This document shows positions 48,822-59,899 of a DNA stretch of 64,000 nt, piece by piece. This DNA comes from a virus. The stretch is taken from the IMG/VR virus record IMGVR_UViG_3300046501_000246. One strand, given 5' to 3'. Position numbers and translations under genes: made by a program. The notes beneath the pieces are model-generated. The model was not told the origin of the DNA, searched no databases, and saw only the letters and a program-made list of their open reading frames with translations. How positions within the stretch are numbered: position 1 is the first letter of the stretch; each line of letters starts with the position of its first letter.

Positions 48822-49355
48822 ATGGGAAAACGTAGTAATTTTGACAAAATACCCAAAGATTATTATAGAACTATTGATCCTAGAGCGGTACAAGCGCTTA
48901 AAGCATTTATACCCTCTGGAACTAAATTCGTAGAACCTTGCGCGGGCGATGGCATTCTCACTAAACAGTTAGCGGGTGTAATGGGCCTAATTTGTGTAGC
49001 GGAATATGACATTGAACCGAATGCGCCTCAAATTAAATCACTTAACGCATTGACAATTGAAGAAAGCCATGTTAGTGATGCAGACCTAATCATAAGTAAT
49101 CCGCCGTGGACCAGAAGTTTGCTCCACCCAATGATCGAAAGGTTTGCATCTCTTCGCCCCACATGGCTTCTGTTTGACAGTTCGTGGCCTTTCACAAAAC
49201 AATCTTCCACATTGATGGAAAAATATTGTACCGATATCGTTGCAATTGGCCGTCTTAAATGGATCGAAAATACAACCATGTCTGGTAAGGATGATTGCTC
49301 TTGGTATCGTTTCGATATAAACAAATTAGGAGGCTGCAAGTTCCATGGCCGTTAG
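48822..49355 (+). CDS. Amino-type (N6A/N4C) DNA methyltransferase-like protein
   Basis: Motif I FVEPCAGDG; motif IV ISNPPW. Confidence 0.75.
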   Translation: MGKRSNFDKIPKDYYRTIDPRAVQALKAFIPSGTKFVEPCAGDGILTKQLAGVMGLICVAEYDIEPNAPQIKSLNALTIEESHVSDADLIISNPPWTRSLLHPMIERFASLRPTWLLFDSSWPFTKQSSTLMEKYCTDIVAIGRLKWIENTTMSGKDDCSWYRFDINKLGGCKFHGR

Positions 49356-50414
49356 AGAAATGAATGAGGTAGAGAAAGCCGAGTGTGAGGCTATCACTAA
49401 GGAGATGCACTCTCAGGCAAGAAATATTTTGAAAGATAAAGAAAAAACTGTGTGGCTGTTTAAACCTAAGCCGCCTGAGCCGGTTGGCTACATAACTACC
49501 CCGATGGGCGAATACCAAACATCAGCCTCAATCGCGAAAGAGGTTCAAGAATTCTTTGATTCGACCCGCAGAGAGAATACGGGAGCAATCGGCGGTCAAT
49601 ATAGTTATATATTTACTGACACGCAGCTAGGCCTCATCCTAGAAATCAAAGACGGTTTTACCAATAGAACTATCAACGCAACTGACTTCAGTGATTTTTA
49701 AGTGCAGAAAGGGAAATGCGAAATGAAGCCTGAAATTTATTACGAAAACAAGAAAGACCGGATCGCCAAGCTCTCGGTACTGGTAAACCTCTCTATCCCC
49801 CGCGCCGCCAAGTATGGCGGGAAGGACCTGAATATCCTTCGTGGTCACGTCCTAGATTTTATCGCGATGACGCCCGACGTTACTGACGATTACACAGATA
49901 CTACGTGGGTCGCATGTTGGAAGACCACTTATGCCCGCATCTCTGACGCGATCCGAGACATTAAGGAAATCGGGGATTATCGCTTGGATCAGAAGCGTAA
50001 GGAACTTGCCACTGTTGCAAATTCTCTTCTGCCACCGCGCCGCGCCGTATTCTGGATCGATTAACAAAGTAGTTTTATTTTATGAAACCCTTTATTCATG
50101 CAAGGTCAAGTGCCGCCAAGTTTGGCGGCACTCCTTCAGATTATATTAAAATTCATGAATATTTCGACAGCACAAAATCAAGTCATGCCGATGTGCGTCA
50201 CAGAGCAATTCTTCATACCGCGTTCGGCATTTATCTAGTGGCAGACGTGTTTGGTCATCATATCACGAACAGTGATGGCAAAACTGTCTCAGTCAGAGAT
50301 ATTGGCGAGCAACACGTTATGGAAGACTTGGGTCGAATCCCCTCAATGTCTGATTATTTAAATCATATGACAATTGAAGATTGGATGATGGGACCGCATT
50401 CACGGACACGATAA
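49345..50414 (+). CDS. Three hypothetical CDS (last DUF6915-like)
   Basis: 49345-49701, 49702-50064, 50082-50414 (HA.SSA.KFGG..IH..RHRA.LH). Confidence 0.65.
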
Positions 50415-50435
50415 GCACTTAGAAAGTTTAATTTA

Positions 50436-51617
50436 ATGAATTACGAATTCCCTCGGATCGTTCACATTCAGCAAGCGCTTGATGCAATCAAAGGCGATGA
50501 AGACCTTTTCTACGTCGTGGAAAAAGATGGCTACACCGTCATTAACTACAAGCTGCCATGCAACAAGACATTTCCGCCTGTTGTAGATCGTAACACTGCG
50601 ATTCGTAGGGAACTTCGTGGCATTAAGTTTGACAGCACAACGGGCGAGACTATATCTCGTGTTTACCATAAATTTTTCAATGCGGGAGAACGTGAAGAAA
50701 CTCTTCTTCCCTCTATCGATATTTCAAAAATCTATAATCGTTTGGAAAAGCTTGATGGGTCTATGGTTCATCCGTTACGAATCAGGGGTGCTCAACGTTG
50801 GGCCACCAAAATGGGTATTACTGATACCTCAATGCAAACCGAGAATTGGCTGGTCGCTAATCATTTTCAGGAAATTATTGAATTTTGCAACGAAGCTATG
50901 GATGACGGCTTTACTCCTATTTTTGAATGGTGCAGCCGTTTGAATAGAATTGTTGTGGATTATCCAGTAGATAGGCTTGTGCTGACTGCTGTTCGCCACA
51001 CCTTTGATGGTTGGTACATGACCTACGACGAAATGGTTAACTGTGACTCGGTAAAAGAATACGGCATCGAAGTTGTGAGCAAAAACGAAGCTCCCCTTCA
51101 TTCTATGGCAGAATATGTTAATTTCATCTACGAACTGAAGTCCGACGAAATGACTGAAGGTGAAGTCCTTCGCTTTCACGACGGCCACATGGTCAAGGTG
51201 AAGACGCAAGATTATATCAATCTTCACCGCACCAAGGATAAGATTCAGAAAGAAAGACACTTCGTCGCTATCCTCTTGGCTCAGCAACTAGACGATCTAA
51301 AGCCATTCATGCTAGCCGAAGATTTGGCTCGTGCAGAGGCTTACGAGATTCAATTAAACAAAAACATTGCAGAGCTTGGCAATACGCTGTTCGGTGAAGT
51401 CAACGCTATTTTGAAGCAGCGCCTTCCGCGTAAGGACTTCGCAATAAATTCAAAGGCTCCTCCATTGATTAAGTCCATCATTTTCCACCTATGGGATAAA
51501 GATTTTCCATTGGATGAGATGGAAGATGAAATAATGAACCGGCTCCGAGAGGCGTGTGAATCTGAGCAGAAATTTGAACGAGTCAAACCCTTAATCTTGA
51601 AAGGATGCGAGTGGTGA
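50436..51617 (+). CDS. T4 Rnl1-type RNA ligase
   Basis: RELRGIKF, HKFFN.GE, EKLDGSM, TPIFEW, EGEV, VKVK. Confidence 0.85.
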   Translation: MNYEFPRIVHIQQALDAIKGDEDLFYVVEKDGYTVINYKLPCNKTFPPVVDRNTAIRRELRGIKFDSTTGETISRVYHKFFNAGEREETLLPSIDISKIYNRLEKLDGSMVHPLRIRGAQRWATKMGITDTSMQTENWLVANHFQEIIEFCNEAMDDGFTPIFEWCSRLNRIVVDYPVDRLVLTAVRHTFDGWYMTYDEMVNCDSVKEYGIEVVSKNEAPLHSMAEYVNFIYELKSDEMTEGEVLRFHDGHMVKVKTQDYINLHRTKDKIQKERHFVAILLAQQLDDLKPFMLAEDLARAEAYEIQLNKNIAELGNTLFGEVNAILKQRLPRKDFAINSKAPPLIKSIIFHLWDKDFPLDEMEDEIMNRLREACESEQKFERVKPLILKGCEW

Positions 51618-52319
51618 AGAAGTTTATAATCTTTGGTCTTATTGCTTTAGGTCTAACGTCTTGCGCCGAAGATGTTAAAGTGGGCGATTATGTATATGCT
51701 CGTAAGTTTAACGGTATGCTCAGCGACGATACTGCTATATTTGGCAAAGTAGTGTCTAAGCAGGAGTGGGGCGTTCAGACAATTGTAGAGACTTGCAACG
51801 GAGAATTTTTCTTCATTGATAATGACAAACTGTCTCTAGATATTTCCGGAAAGACTTGCAAATGAAAAACATTCTAGTTTTAGCAATCGTTGCTTTAGGT
51901 CTAACGTCCTGCATCGATAAGGGTGATTTTGTCTATGTCAGAAGCGCAGAAGGCCCAACTAATTTTGGTTACGTCGTAGGAATGAACCCTGATTCTTTAA
52001 TCTTTGTAAAACTTTGTGACGGCACAGTGATTAGCGCATCTAGCGGCTACATGGCTGAAGCCCCTGACGGGGAAGTATGCCCATGAGCAGCACGGTTAAA
52101 CTTTTAATCTTTGGCCTAATCACTTTAGGCCTCACATCTTGTGGTCCTGAAGTTGGACAGAATGTTTACGTCGGTGCTAAAGGCGGACCAACCCTTTTGG
52201 GAGTCGTTGTTGCTGGTGGATACAATAGGGATTTTTCTGTCGTGAGACTTTGCGATGGCCAAACTTTCTCCGTGAAGACTGACAATCTCATTGTCACTGA
52301 CGAAGTCTGCTCCCAATGA
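51605..52319 (+). CDS. Three tandem lipoprotein paralogs
   Basis: 51605-51865, 51856-52086, 52077-52319; each has lipobox LGLTSC plus V.(T/L)C.G and a terminal Cys. Confidence 0.75.
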
Positions 52320-53870
52320 GTGAGTGCCAAGGTTGCGACACTTGCCCCTTCACTGAGACGGTCGAAACACTTCATTACGAAATACATGTCACTGTAGATC
52401 ACCGTGAGACTTTCGTAGACGATTGCTATGCCATAGGGGTTAAGCCTGTCATCATTGACATGGGCGACGATGTGCCTACTCATTCTATGACTAGCTCGAC
52501 GTTAAAAGATTCAAATGACACTGCGGCATTTGTCACGGCTCACTCCATCGCAAAAGCCTTGGAAGATATTGGTTACGACGTAGAACGTATCAAAATCGAA
52601 ACGGTTCCATGGCACCCTAAAACTTCCAACCCTGAGCCGGAACAATATTTTGAAACGCATTTCGCGTTCAAAGTTGAAGGCGACGGTTACATGCTTAACC
52701 AAATGCTTAAGATGGCGAAATGGCTTCATCCTTCACGTAATCTCTTGAAGAAGGGTGAGGATAGAATTCAGATGGTCACTTACCGAAGGCATGACGTTGA
52801 TTCTAAAACTTATTTAGAATCAATTGACGATATGCAGAAGGTGTTTCTAGACAATCACTTAAAGCTCGACAAAGTGATTACAGAATTCGCCCTCTATGAC
52901 ACAAACGAAAGAATGGACGATCCGTGGTTAAGGTCCAGTTTTAAAAGAAGAAAAGATTAAAATGACTGAATATTTGTACAATCCTGATATGGCTCTTGTG
53001 GACCAGTTTGATTTCCTAAGAGATAACATTCGCCCCACGGCTTATACAGATGCTGCAATTGCCGATGCGATGGAACGACTCTATGACGCCATCGTGCCAG
53101 TTATGCAGGGTTATCGCGACACGTTGGCCGAAGATGATCCCCTTGCGATCTATCTAAATTACTTCACCCGCACCGCCATTGATATTTTGGAGGATGAAAA
53201 TGCTGAACCCGAACTTTATGCAACAGTACCACTTGGAAGCGTCATTGAAGGGAAGTTCACTAAAATCCCTGCTCTGTCTACTGTTCGCATCACTGCTGCC
53301 TCCCCTCTTGGTGATGTTGGCGTCACTCGTAATCTATCAGCATCTCGTGGCTTTGAAACTCGCGTCTTTTGGGACAGCCTGACAGATTACCGCGTAACCG
53401 CTGAAAAGGAAATCAAAAATGAAGTCGAATGAAGAAATCCGTGCCGCCTATTCGCAGTTCCGTTTAGATTATAACGATTATCTAAATTCAGAAGCCCCAC
53501 AAGAAGAGAAGGAAGATATGTTCGAACTTCCCGTTGGTATTAATGTCATTTGGGCCAGTGGCGATGTTAATGCCGTGCCACTTGACCCTGCCGAACGCCG
53601 ATATTTTACTTTCTTTGGAGCCTGATAATGACTGAGACGCCTGTCACTGAAATTATTCTTGTAGATGCAGACACTTATGTAGGCATTTACGTCAACGGTG
53701 AACTTTATTTTTGGGGCGACCGTTACGACCTAGATTTTGATTACGGCCTAGAGTTGGGCGCTGCCAATCCTGATTACAGTCTTACTTACAAAGATGTTGA
53801 TTTTGAGTGGCTAGATGCAATCGGCGGCGGTAATATGCCTGAGAAATTGGAAGATGTTAAATTTGCCTAA
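52316..53870 (+). CDS. Four hypothetical CDS
   Basis: 52316-52960, 52962-53432, 53419-53625, 53628-53870. Confidence 0.7.
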
Positions 53871-54378
53871 GAAATTTTTGATCATGTTAGTCGGCTTACC
53901 CTGTACCGGCAAGTCCACGTTCCGCCAAAGATTGAAGCAAGACTTTGAATTCCTTACCATTTCCTCCGACGATTATATTGAATCGTGGGGCAGGGCGAAA
54001 GGAAAAACTTACAGCGAAGTGTTTCCCGACTATGTCAAGGATGCTACTCACCGTATCGAAGAAGATGCACGTGTGGCTAAAATTAAAGAGCTTGACGTGG
54101 TTTGGGATCAAACTAACTTAACCGTTTCGAAGCGGAAGAAAATCCTTGACAAATTCGATAATTATGTTAAGATATGCGTACATTTTGAAATCGATGTTCA
54201 TTTGGAATGGATGAGACGGTTGTACCGTAGGGCAGGAGAAGAAGGGAAGTATATTCCTTTTCACGTCTTGGAAAGTATGGACCGCTCCTCTGAATATCCA
54301 CAATACTCAGAAGGTTTTGATTGGATCGTAGATGATGAAGATTTTCGTGCCGATTTTGTGAAGGAGTTAATTAAGTAA
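53854..54378 (+). CDS. P-loop kinase (PNK kinase/AAA_33-like)
   Basis: VGLPCTGKSTF, ISSDD, VWDQTNL....R. Confidence 0.8.
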   Translation: MLNLPKKFLIMLVGLPCTGKSTFRQRLKQDFEFLTISSDDYIESWGRAKGKTYSEVFPDYVKDATHRIEEDARVAKIKELDVVWDQTNLTVSKRKKILDKFDNYVKICVHFEIDVHLEWMRRLYRRAGEEGKYIPFHVLESMDRSSEYPQYSEGFDWIVDDEDFRADFVKELIK

Positions 54379-54923
54379 TGCCTAACGTTTACTTCACCAG
54401 TGATACCCACTTGGGCCATGCCAGAATTGTCACTATCGGCGCGGGTCGCCCCTTCAAAACCATTCAGGAACACGACGCCGAATTGATTAAGCGGTGGAAC
54501 GAACGTGTCAAACCTGATGATGTTGTGTTCCATCTCGGAGATTTCAATTACAAGTCTTCTGTTGACGCTGATTTCTATCTGAAGCAACTCAACGGCAGGA
54601 AATTCCTTATCGTTGGAAACCACGACAAGCAAAAGACCATCACAGCTGATGGTTGGGAAGTTGCTCCGCTTCCGTACCAAGAGCTTGAACTGAATGGCAT
54701 GCTGATCACACTTTGCCATTATCCCATCGAAGAGTGGAACGGCTATCACAAGGGCTCGTGGATGCTGCACGGCCATGTCCATGGCATGACGAAAACTGTT
54801 CCGATCAGGAAGAATAGAGTAGATGTAGGCGTTGATAATTTTAATTTTGCGCCTGCAACGTTTGAAGAAATTCAGGAGTTTAATAGAAAGGCTTTAAATG
54901 CCGAAGTACCTGCGTCAAGTTAA
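54378..54923 (+). CDS. Calcineurin-like metallophosphoesterase
   Basis: FTSDTHLGH, LGDF, GNHD, CHYP, HGHVH, DVGVD. Confidence 0.88.
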   Translation: MPNVYFTSDTHLGHARIVTIGAGRPFKTIQEHDAELIKRWNERVKPDDVVFHLGDFNYKSSVDADFYLKQLNGRKFLIVGNHDKQKTITADGWEVAPLPYQELELNGMLITLCHYPIEEWNGYHKGSWMLHGHVHGMTKTVPIRKNRVDVGVDNFNFAPATFEEIQEFNRKALNAEVPASS

Positions 54924-55149
54924 TCAAGAGGTGGAGGCTTTTAAAATTGGAAATGATGGACCTACGCCTGTCCCTGACTGGTTTCCTTCCAATTATGAAA
55001 TAGTCAGAGTTGGCATTGTGTTCGAATCTTCAAAGGGAGATTACAGTTTAGCTCCTTGGGGAAGTTACATAGTGAAATATGAAGGCGAAGATTTATTAGG
55101 AGTAATGAGTGCTCAGACATTTGAGTATCACTTCACTCTAGTTCCATAA
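54898..55149 (+). CDS. Hypothetical protein
   Basis: 83 aa. Confidence 0.65.
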   Translation: MPKYLRQVNQEVEAFKIGNDGPTPVPDWFPSNYEIVRVGIVFESSKGDYSLAPWGSYIVKYEGEDLLGVMSAQTFEYHFTLVP

Positions 55150-55184
55150 CAATAATAAAAACAAAATAGAATAGGAATGGGCAT

Positions 55185-55685
55185 TTGACCACAATCGCAT
55201 TTCGTGACGGCGTACTAGTTTCAGATTCAAAAATTACTGGTAATGGTATTTTTGTGGGGGAATATCAGAAGATTTTTAAACTAACCGTAGAAGAGCAGCT
55301 GTCATGGATCGACAGAATTGTTTTTCGAAAAGAGCCGGAACAAATTGATTATTTGGTAGGCGCTGCTGGTTCAGTTGAAGATTTTAACGATTTTATTGAG
55401 TGCATTTTCTTTGGGGCGCAACGAGAAAAAGCAGAATATGACTGCTCCGTGATTGCCGTCTCCTGCGACGAAAATGATGAATACTCAATCAGGATGTACG
55501 ACGGCACCAATCTAAAGGGCTTCGAAGTCAAGGCAAAATATGCCGCAATCGGCTCAGGTTCCCCCATTGCATTAGGAGCGTTATATCAAGGCGCTACGGC
55601 CGAAGAAGCGGTACAAGCCGCGATGCATCATGACAATGGCAGTGGTGGTGAAATTCAAAAGGTGAGTTTCACAGAAGATGAATGA
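55185..55685 (+). CDS. Ntn-hydrolase/HslV-proteasome-like peptidase
   Basis: N-terminal TT..DG...DS, GAAGS, AIGSGS..ALGA, HD.GSGG. Confidence 0.75.
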   Translation: MTTIAFRDGVLVSDSKITGNGIFVGEYQKIFKLTVEEQLSWIDRIVFRKEPEQIDYLVGAAGSVEDFNDFIECIFFGAQREKAEYDCSVIAVSCDENDEYSIRMYDGTNLKGFEVKAKYAAIGSGSPIALGALYQGATAEEAVQAAMHHDNGSGGEIQKVSFTEDE

Positions 55686-55853
55686 AAAAGAAAGAGACTA
55701 CGGCGAGCTTACCAAATATTTCAATATGCTTCGCGAAGGAAACGCAATCGCGTCTCGGTTCCACAACAATATCATTTCGGAACATAGTGCAAAGACTCTG
55801 TTTGTCAAGATGATTGAAAATATGACGAAGCAGGTTTTGAAAGATAATAAATA

Positions 55854-56619
55854 ATGAATATTATGATTGATTACGACGCGACCTATACAGCTGATATTTC
55901 TCTGTGGAGAATGGTCATACCTATGTTTTTGGACCACGGCCATAAGGTCTATCTAGTCACATCAAGGGGAAGAGACACGCCGGTTGAACTGGTTAATGAT
56001 TTCACTCCCCTAAATATTCCCATCATCTATTGCACGTACCGAGCCAAGAAAAAAGTCTGCGAGGCTCAGGGAATTAAAATTGATATTTGGATCGATGACG
56101 ATCCCTATTACATCGTACATGGATTCATTGAAGATGCTGAAGATATTCAAAACGGACCCGGAGACAGTAACACCGTTTGGCATTTGGCTGGCGGTAAGGC
56201 TTAACCGAGGCGTAAACTTTATTTGGCCCTTCGTGCGCCGCGAGAAATATGAAGACGCGCTGGCACGAAACAGGCAAATCAGCTTTGAATTATATCAAAG
56301 CCTAGAAAATTTGGAAGAGTTGGAAAAGTTTCAATTTACTAAAGGCCAACGATACCTCCCGTTTCCTGATTATGAATATTCGTTCAAGCATCAGGAAACG
56401 GGAGATGAGCGCCCCTTTACCCGAATAAGTTTAAGCGCCAAACCTCTTCAAAGTCATTATCATGTTGATACCTATCGATTAAATTTTGAAGAGAGTTCAG
56501 ACTATATTAAAAATTTATTGATACGCCAAGCCGGTGAACTTTTCAGAAAAAAGGGAGAGGCTGATATGCGTCAAGTTATTGAAAGTTTATCCCAAAATGA
56601 CGACAGGAAAATTTATTAA
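55854..56619 (+). CDS. HAD-like protein and a hypothetical protein
   Basis: 55854-56204 (IDYDATY, VTSR, WIDDDP); about 56200-56619. Confidence 0.65.
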
Positions 56620-57589
56620 ATTCCCTTCTATCGAAGCGTTTTCAAGTGTTAATGCAACGGTTAAAAGACGTTTTGAACTTGACAATCGGCCAAAGGTGGT
56701 GTACCGTGGCAAAGTCAAACTTCACGGAACGAACGCCGGAATTCGCGTCGATCCAGATGGCACAGTGACTTGCTTCAAGAGAACCGGAGTCTGCAACGTC
56801 GAGAACGATAATGCGGGATTTGCTAATTGGGTGGAGACTGTTAAAAAGCAGCTGTTCACGTTCGGCTTCAGTTATGTAATTTATGGTGAGTGGGCCGGTC
56901 CCGGAATCCAGAAGAAAGTAGCTGTATCTCAAATTGAGAAGAAAACGTTCTTTGTTTTCGCCATTTTAAATATGCACACGAATAAAATTGTGGTAGACCC
57001 GGATCGCATAAAGGCGTGCCTTGGTAAAGAAATTTTGCCATTCGAAATTATTCCTTGGGCTAAAGGAACTGACGTAGAGGTCGATTTCCGTCTTCAAAGT
57101 TCAATGGAAGCCGCGACCAAAAACATTTCTTCTTGGGTAGAAGAATGTGACAAGGTTGATCCTTATATTAAAGAGCGTTACGGGATTGAAGGCATTGGCG
57201 AAGGGTATGTTTTTATTCCTCTAGTTGATGAGATGTCATTCGATGTTTACAGCGATTACATTTTCAAGGCTAAAGGTGAAAGTCATCACGTCTCATCTTC
57301 GGAGAAGAAGGTTTCGATCCAAATCGATCCAGCCGTGTTAGAAGGTGCAGCGGCTTTTGCCAAGGAGTTTGTTACTCAAGGTCGCTGCGAACAAGGCGTA
57401 ACTGAAGCTTGCGGCGGGGAAGCCGTGATGAAGAATATGGGCGCTTTCATGAAGTGGATCGGCCAAGACGTGCAGAAAGAATCCGTTAATGAGTTGGAAG
57501 CTTCTGGCCTAGATTGGAAGAACGTTTCTAAAGCCGTAAACCAACAAGCGAGAGATTGGTATATCCTCGCAACTGAGAGGAATTTATAA
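56597..57589 (+). CDS. Rnl2-type RNA ligase family protein
   Basis: KFP.IE.F, KVKLHGTNAG, YGEWAGPGIQK, GEGYV, FKAKG; start at ATG 56597. Confidence 0.8.
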   Translation: MTTGKFIKFPSIEAFSSVNATVKRRFELDNRPKVVYRGKVKLHGTNAGIRVDPDGTVTCFKRTGVCNVENDNAGFANWVETVKKQLFTFGFSYVIYGEWAGPGIQKKVAVSQIEKKTFFVFAILNMHTNKIVVDPDRIKACLGKEILPFEIIPWAKGTDVEVDFRLQSSMEAATKNISSWVEECDKVDPYIKERYGIEGIGEGYVFIPLVDEMSFDVYSDYIFKAKGESHHVSSSEKKVSIQIDPAVLEGAAAFAKEFVTQGRCEQGVTEACGGEAVMKNMGAFMKWIGQDVQKESVNELEASGLDWKNVSKAVNQQARDWYILATERNL

Positions 57590-58458
57590 TGTCTAATGAG
57601 TCTTTTAATGATTACGTACTTTTTGATCTCGAAACCTTGAATCAAGTTCATGGTAGCGACTTTTATAACATTTCTTATGTACCGCCTTCACCCGAAGTAG
57701 TTCGTGAGGCAGGCGAACTTAACGCTCTCGATAATGATTATGCAGTTGTAGGGGATAAGTTCTACGACGCCCTAGCCGGTGAAATTGAAGTAATTTTTGT
57801 TTCTGAGTTTGGCCAGATCGTTGCTAAATTTAGTGACGGCTCTATCTCGCTGTTTGAAAGTGTAGAAGATATTGAGGATGACGGTTTTGTCAAGATTATG
57901 GAAACTGATGGCTGGATCAACGTGATTCGCGACACAGATTTCAACGATATTTTCTTTGACGAAGGCGTTTATGTCACGAAGGATGACGCCGTAAATGCTT
58001 TCGAAGACACTAGGTTGTCGTCTTGGGAACTGCTTGATACGACTTACATCTCGTGGAGCAATATTAAGAATGACTGACAAACCAGAGATTTGGGTAAGTC
58101 ACGGCAATACGGAAAGTGGCGATCCCATCGCCATTCTCCTTTGGCCCAAGATGCCACTTCGTAGCGAAGTAAAGAAAGTTTATATGGAGCTTTATCCTGA
58201 TGAGTACGAAGAAGTTGGCCAAGTTTACTTCGATATCGAACTAGCAAGTTGGGGAAATAAATAATGAGATACGAAGATAGAATCATTATCTTAAAGGGAA
58301 TTCGAGATTTACTTGACGATGCCATAGATATGCACGAGACTAAAATGTATTCTCAAGAGGGTAGAGAATTTGTTGTTGCATTATATGAACAGGCTGACAA
58401 AAATATCGAAATTGCAAAAGAATTTTTGAATACGTTGGAGCCTTGGGACGCGCTATGA
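57589..58458 (+). CDS. Three hypothetical CDS
   Basis: 57589-58077 (acidic), 58070-58264, 58264-58458. Confidence 0.65.
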
Positions 58459-58715
58459 GCAAAGCAAAAATCGGCTATCATCTCACCGAAATCAAGAAGG
58501 GCGTCTTGGGTCAAAGCTCAAAGATTTTAGAAGAAATTCTTGAACTTCAGGATGCGGAACGACAGGGCTGTAGGGTTATGGCCCTTGTTGAATTATCTGA
58601 CATGGTAGGCGCGATTCAGGCTTACCTAGACAACAAGTATCCCGATATGAATCTTGCCGATCTAATGATAATGGCAGGAATTACGAAGCGAGCTTTTGAT
58701 AATGGCCGAAGATGA
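58455..58715 (+). CDS. MazG-like/all-alpha NTP pyrophosphatase-like protein
   Basis: KI.EE..EL.DA...ELSD..GA spacing. Confidence 0.5.
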   Translation: MSKAKIGYHLTEIKKGVLGQSSKILEEILELQDAERQGCRVMALVELSDMVGAIQAYLDNKYPDMNLADLMIMAGITKRAFDNGRR

Positions 58716-58878
58716 TGAAGATTACCAGCGCGTAAGAGAATTACTATTGGAACAGTTGCGCCATCTGGACCAAGAATATAAAATGCGGGCCAGACCAATT
58801 ATAGATAAACTTGCGCAGCTTGAAGCTTATCGACCTTGTTCATTTTTAAGAGAGTTGTCATGGAAGACGATAACCTGA
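58696..58878 (+). CDS. Short coiled-coil protein
   Basis: 60 aa. Confidence 0.55.
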   Translation: MIMAEDDEDYQRVRELLLEQLRHLDQEYKMRARPIIDKLAQLEAYRPCSFLRELSWKTIT

Positions 58879-59411
58879 TCCGGTACGACTTAATCGCCGA
58901 AGCTTTAGATTATTACAAATCAAAAGGTTACGTGGAGATTAATGTTCCTTGGCATGTCAGACCCGAAATTTCGGCGCTGACTTGCCCAAGTCCCGACAGA
59001 GCCTATCCATTTGAGGATGGCGTCTTTGTCGGCTCGGCTGAACAATCTATGATCCAAATGGCTGTGGATGGCGAGCTAGTTGAAGGCGGATATTATGTTT
59101 CTTGCTCGCCATGTTTCAGGAATGAGCCTGTCTTAGATCAACTCCACCAAAAATATTTTATGAAGGTCGAACTGTTTCATTTCGGAACAGACCAAGACCC
59201 TTACAACAAAATCCGCAGAGACGCCTACAACTTCTTTAGAACTTTAACTAATAAAACTATTTATTGGACGTTCGAAAACGAGTCTGAGACAGATACGGAT
59301 TTCGAAATCGACGGTGTCGAAATCGGCTCATACAATTATCGAACCGGCTTAGGCATTACGTGGACTTGTGGTACTGGCCTCGCATTGCCGAGATTTACGA
59401 AGGTGATGTGA
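58860..59411 (+). CDS. Minimal class II aminoacyl-tRNA synthetase-like catalytic core
   Basis: Motif 1 GYVEINVP, GSAEQ, motif 2 CFRNE..H..F.KVE, motif 3 EIGS..GTGLALPR. Confidence 0.7.
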   Translation: MEDDNLIRYDLIAEALDYYKSKGYVEINVPWHVRPEISALTCPSPDRAYPFEDGVFVGSAEQSMIQMAVDGELVEGGYYVSCSPCFRNEPVLDQLHQKYFMKVELFHFGTDQDPYNKIRRDAYNFFRTLTNKTIYWTFENESETDTDFEIDGVEIGSYNYRTGLGITWTCGTGLALPRFTKVM

Positions 59412-59490
59412 TGTTCCAAATTGCTTGGGTAATGTTTGACGGTTCATTTGAACTTGCAAACGAATTTGCCTCATTGAGTGAACTACATGA

Positions 59491-59896
59491 ATGGGCCAGA
59501 AAATGGCCATCGTCAAAATATGTTTGGAGACAAATCTGATGACCATCAAATTATTTGATTATAAGCTTTCTAAATTAACAGAGAAACGAGACGTGGCGAT
59601 GAGTGCCGGTGCAACAGCCGTCGCGTTGAGACTGACATACGAAATTCTTGAACTAATTAATAATGAAAAGACTTTAAGAAAATTAGTATATAATGTATAG
59701 AGAATTTCATTGTAAAATAGTTAGGGACGAACTTCCAAACGAAGAGGGAAGATGGGTTTCCTATATTGTAAAAGAGGGAGAAGATATCCCTACTTATGAT
59801 ACAATTATTAGAAATGGATGCCATATAGTCGCTTTGAGGGAAATCAAACCCGGACCCTCGGATCAGCCGGGGTTTATGGGTCAAGTTAATTTATAA
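59491..59896 (+). CDS. Two short hypothetical CDS
   Basis: 59491-59700 (start uncertain) and 59693-59896. Confidence 0.55.
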
Positions 59897-59899
59897 AAT

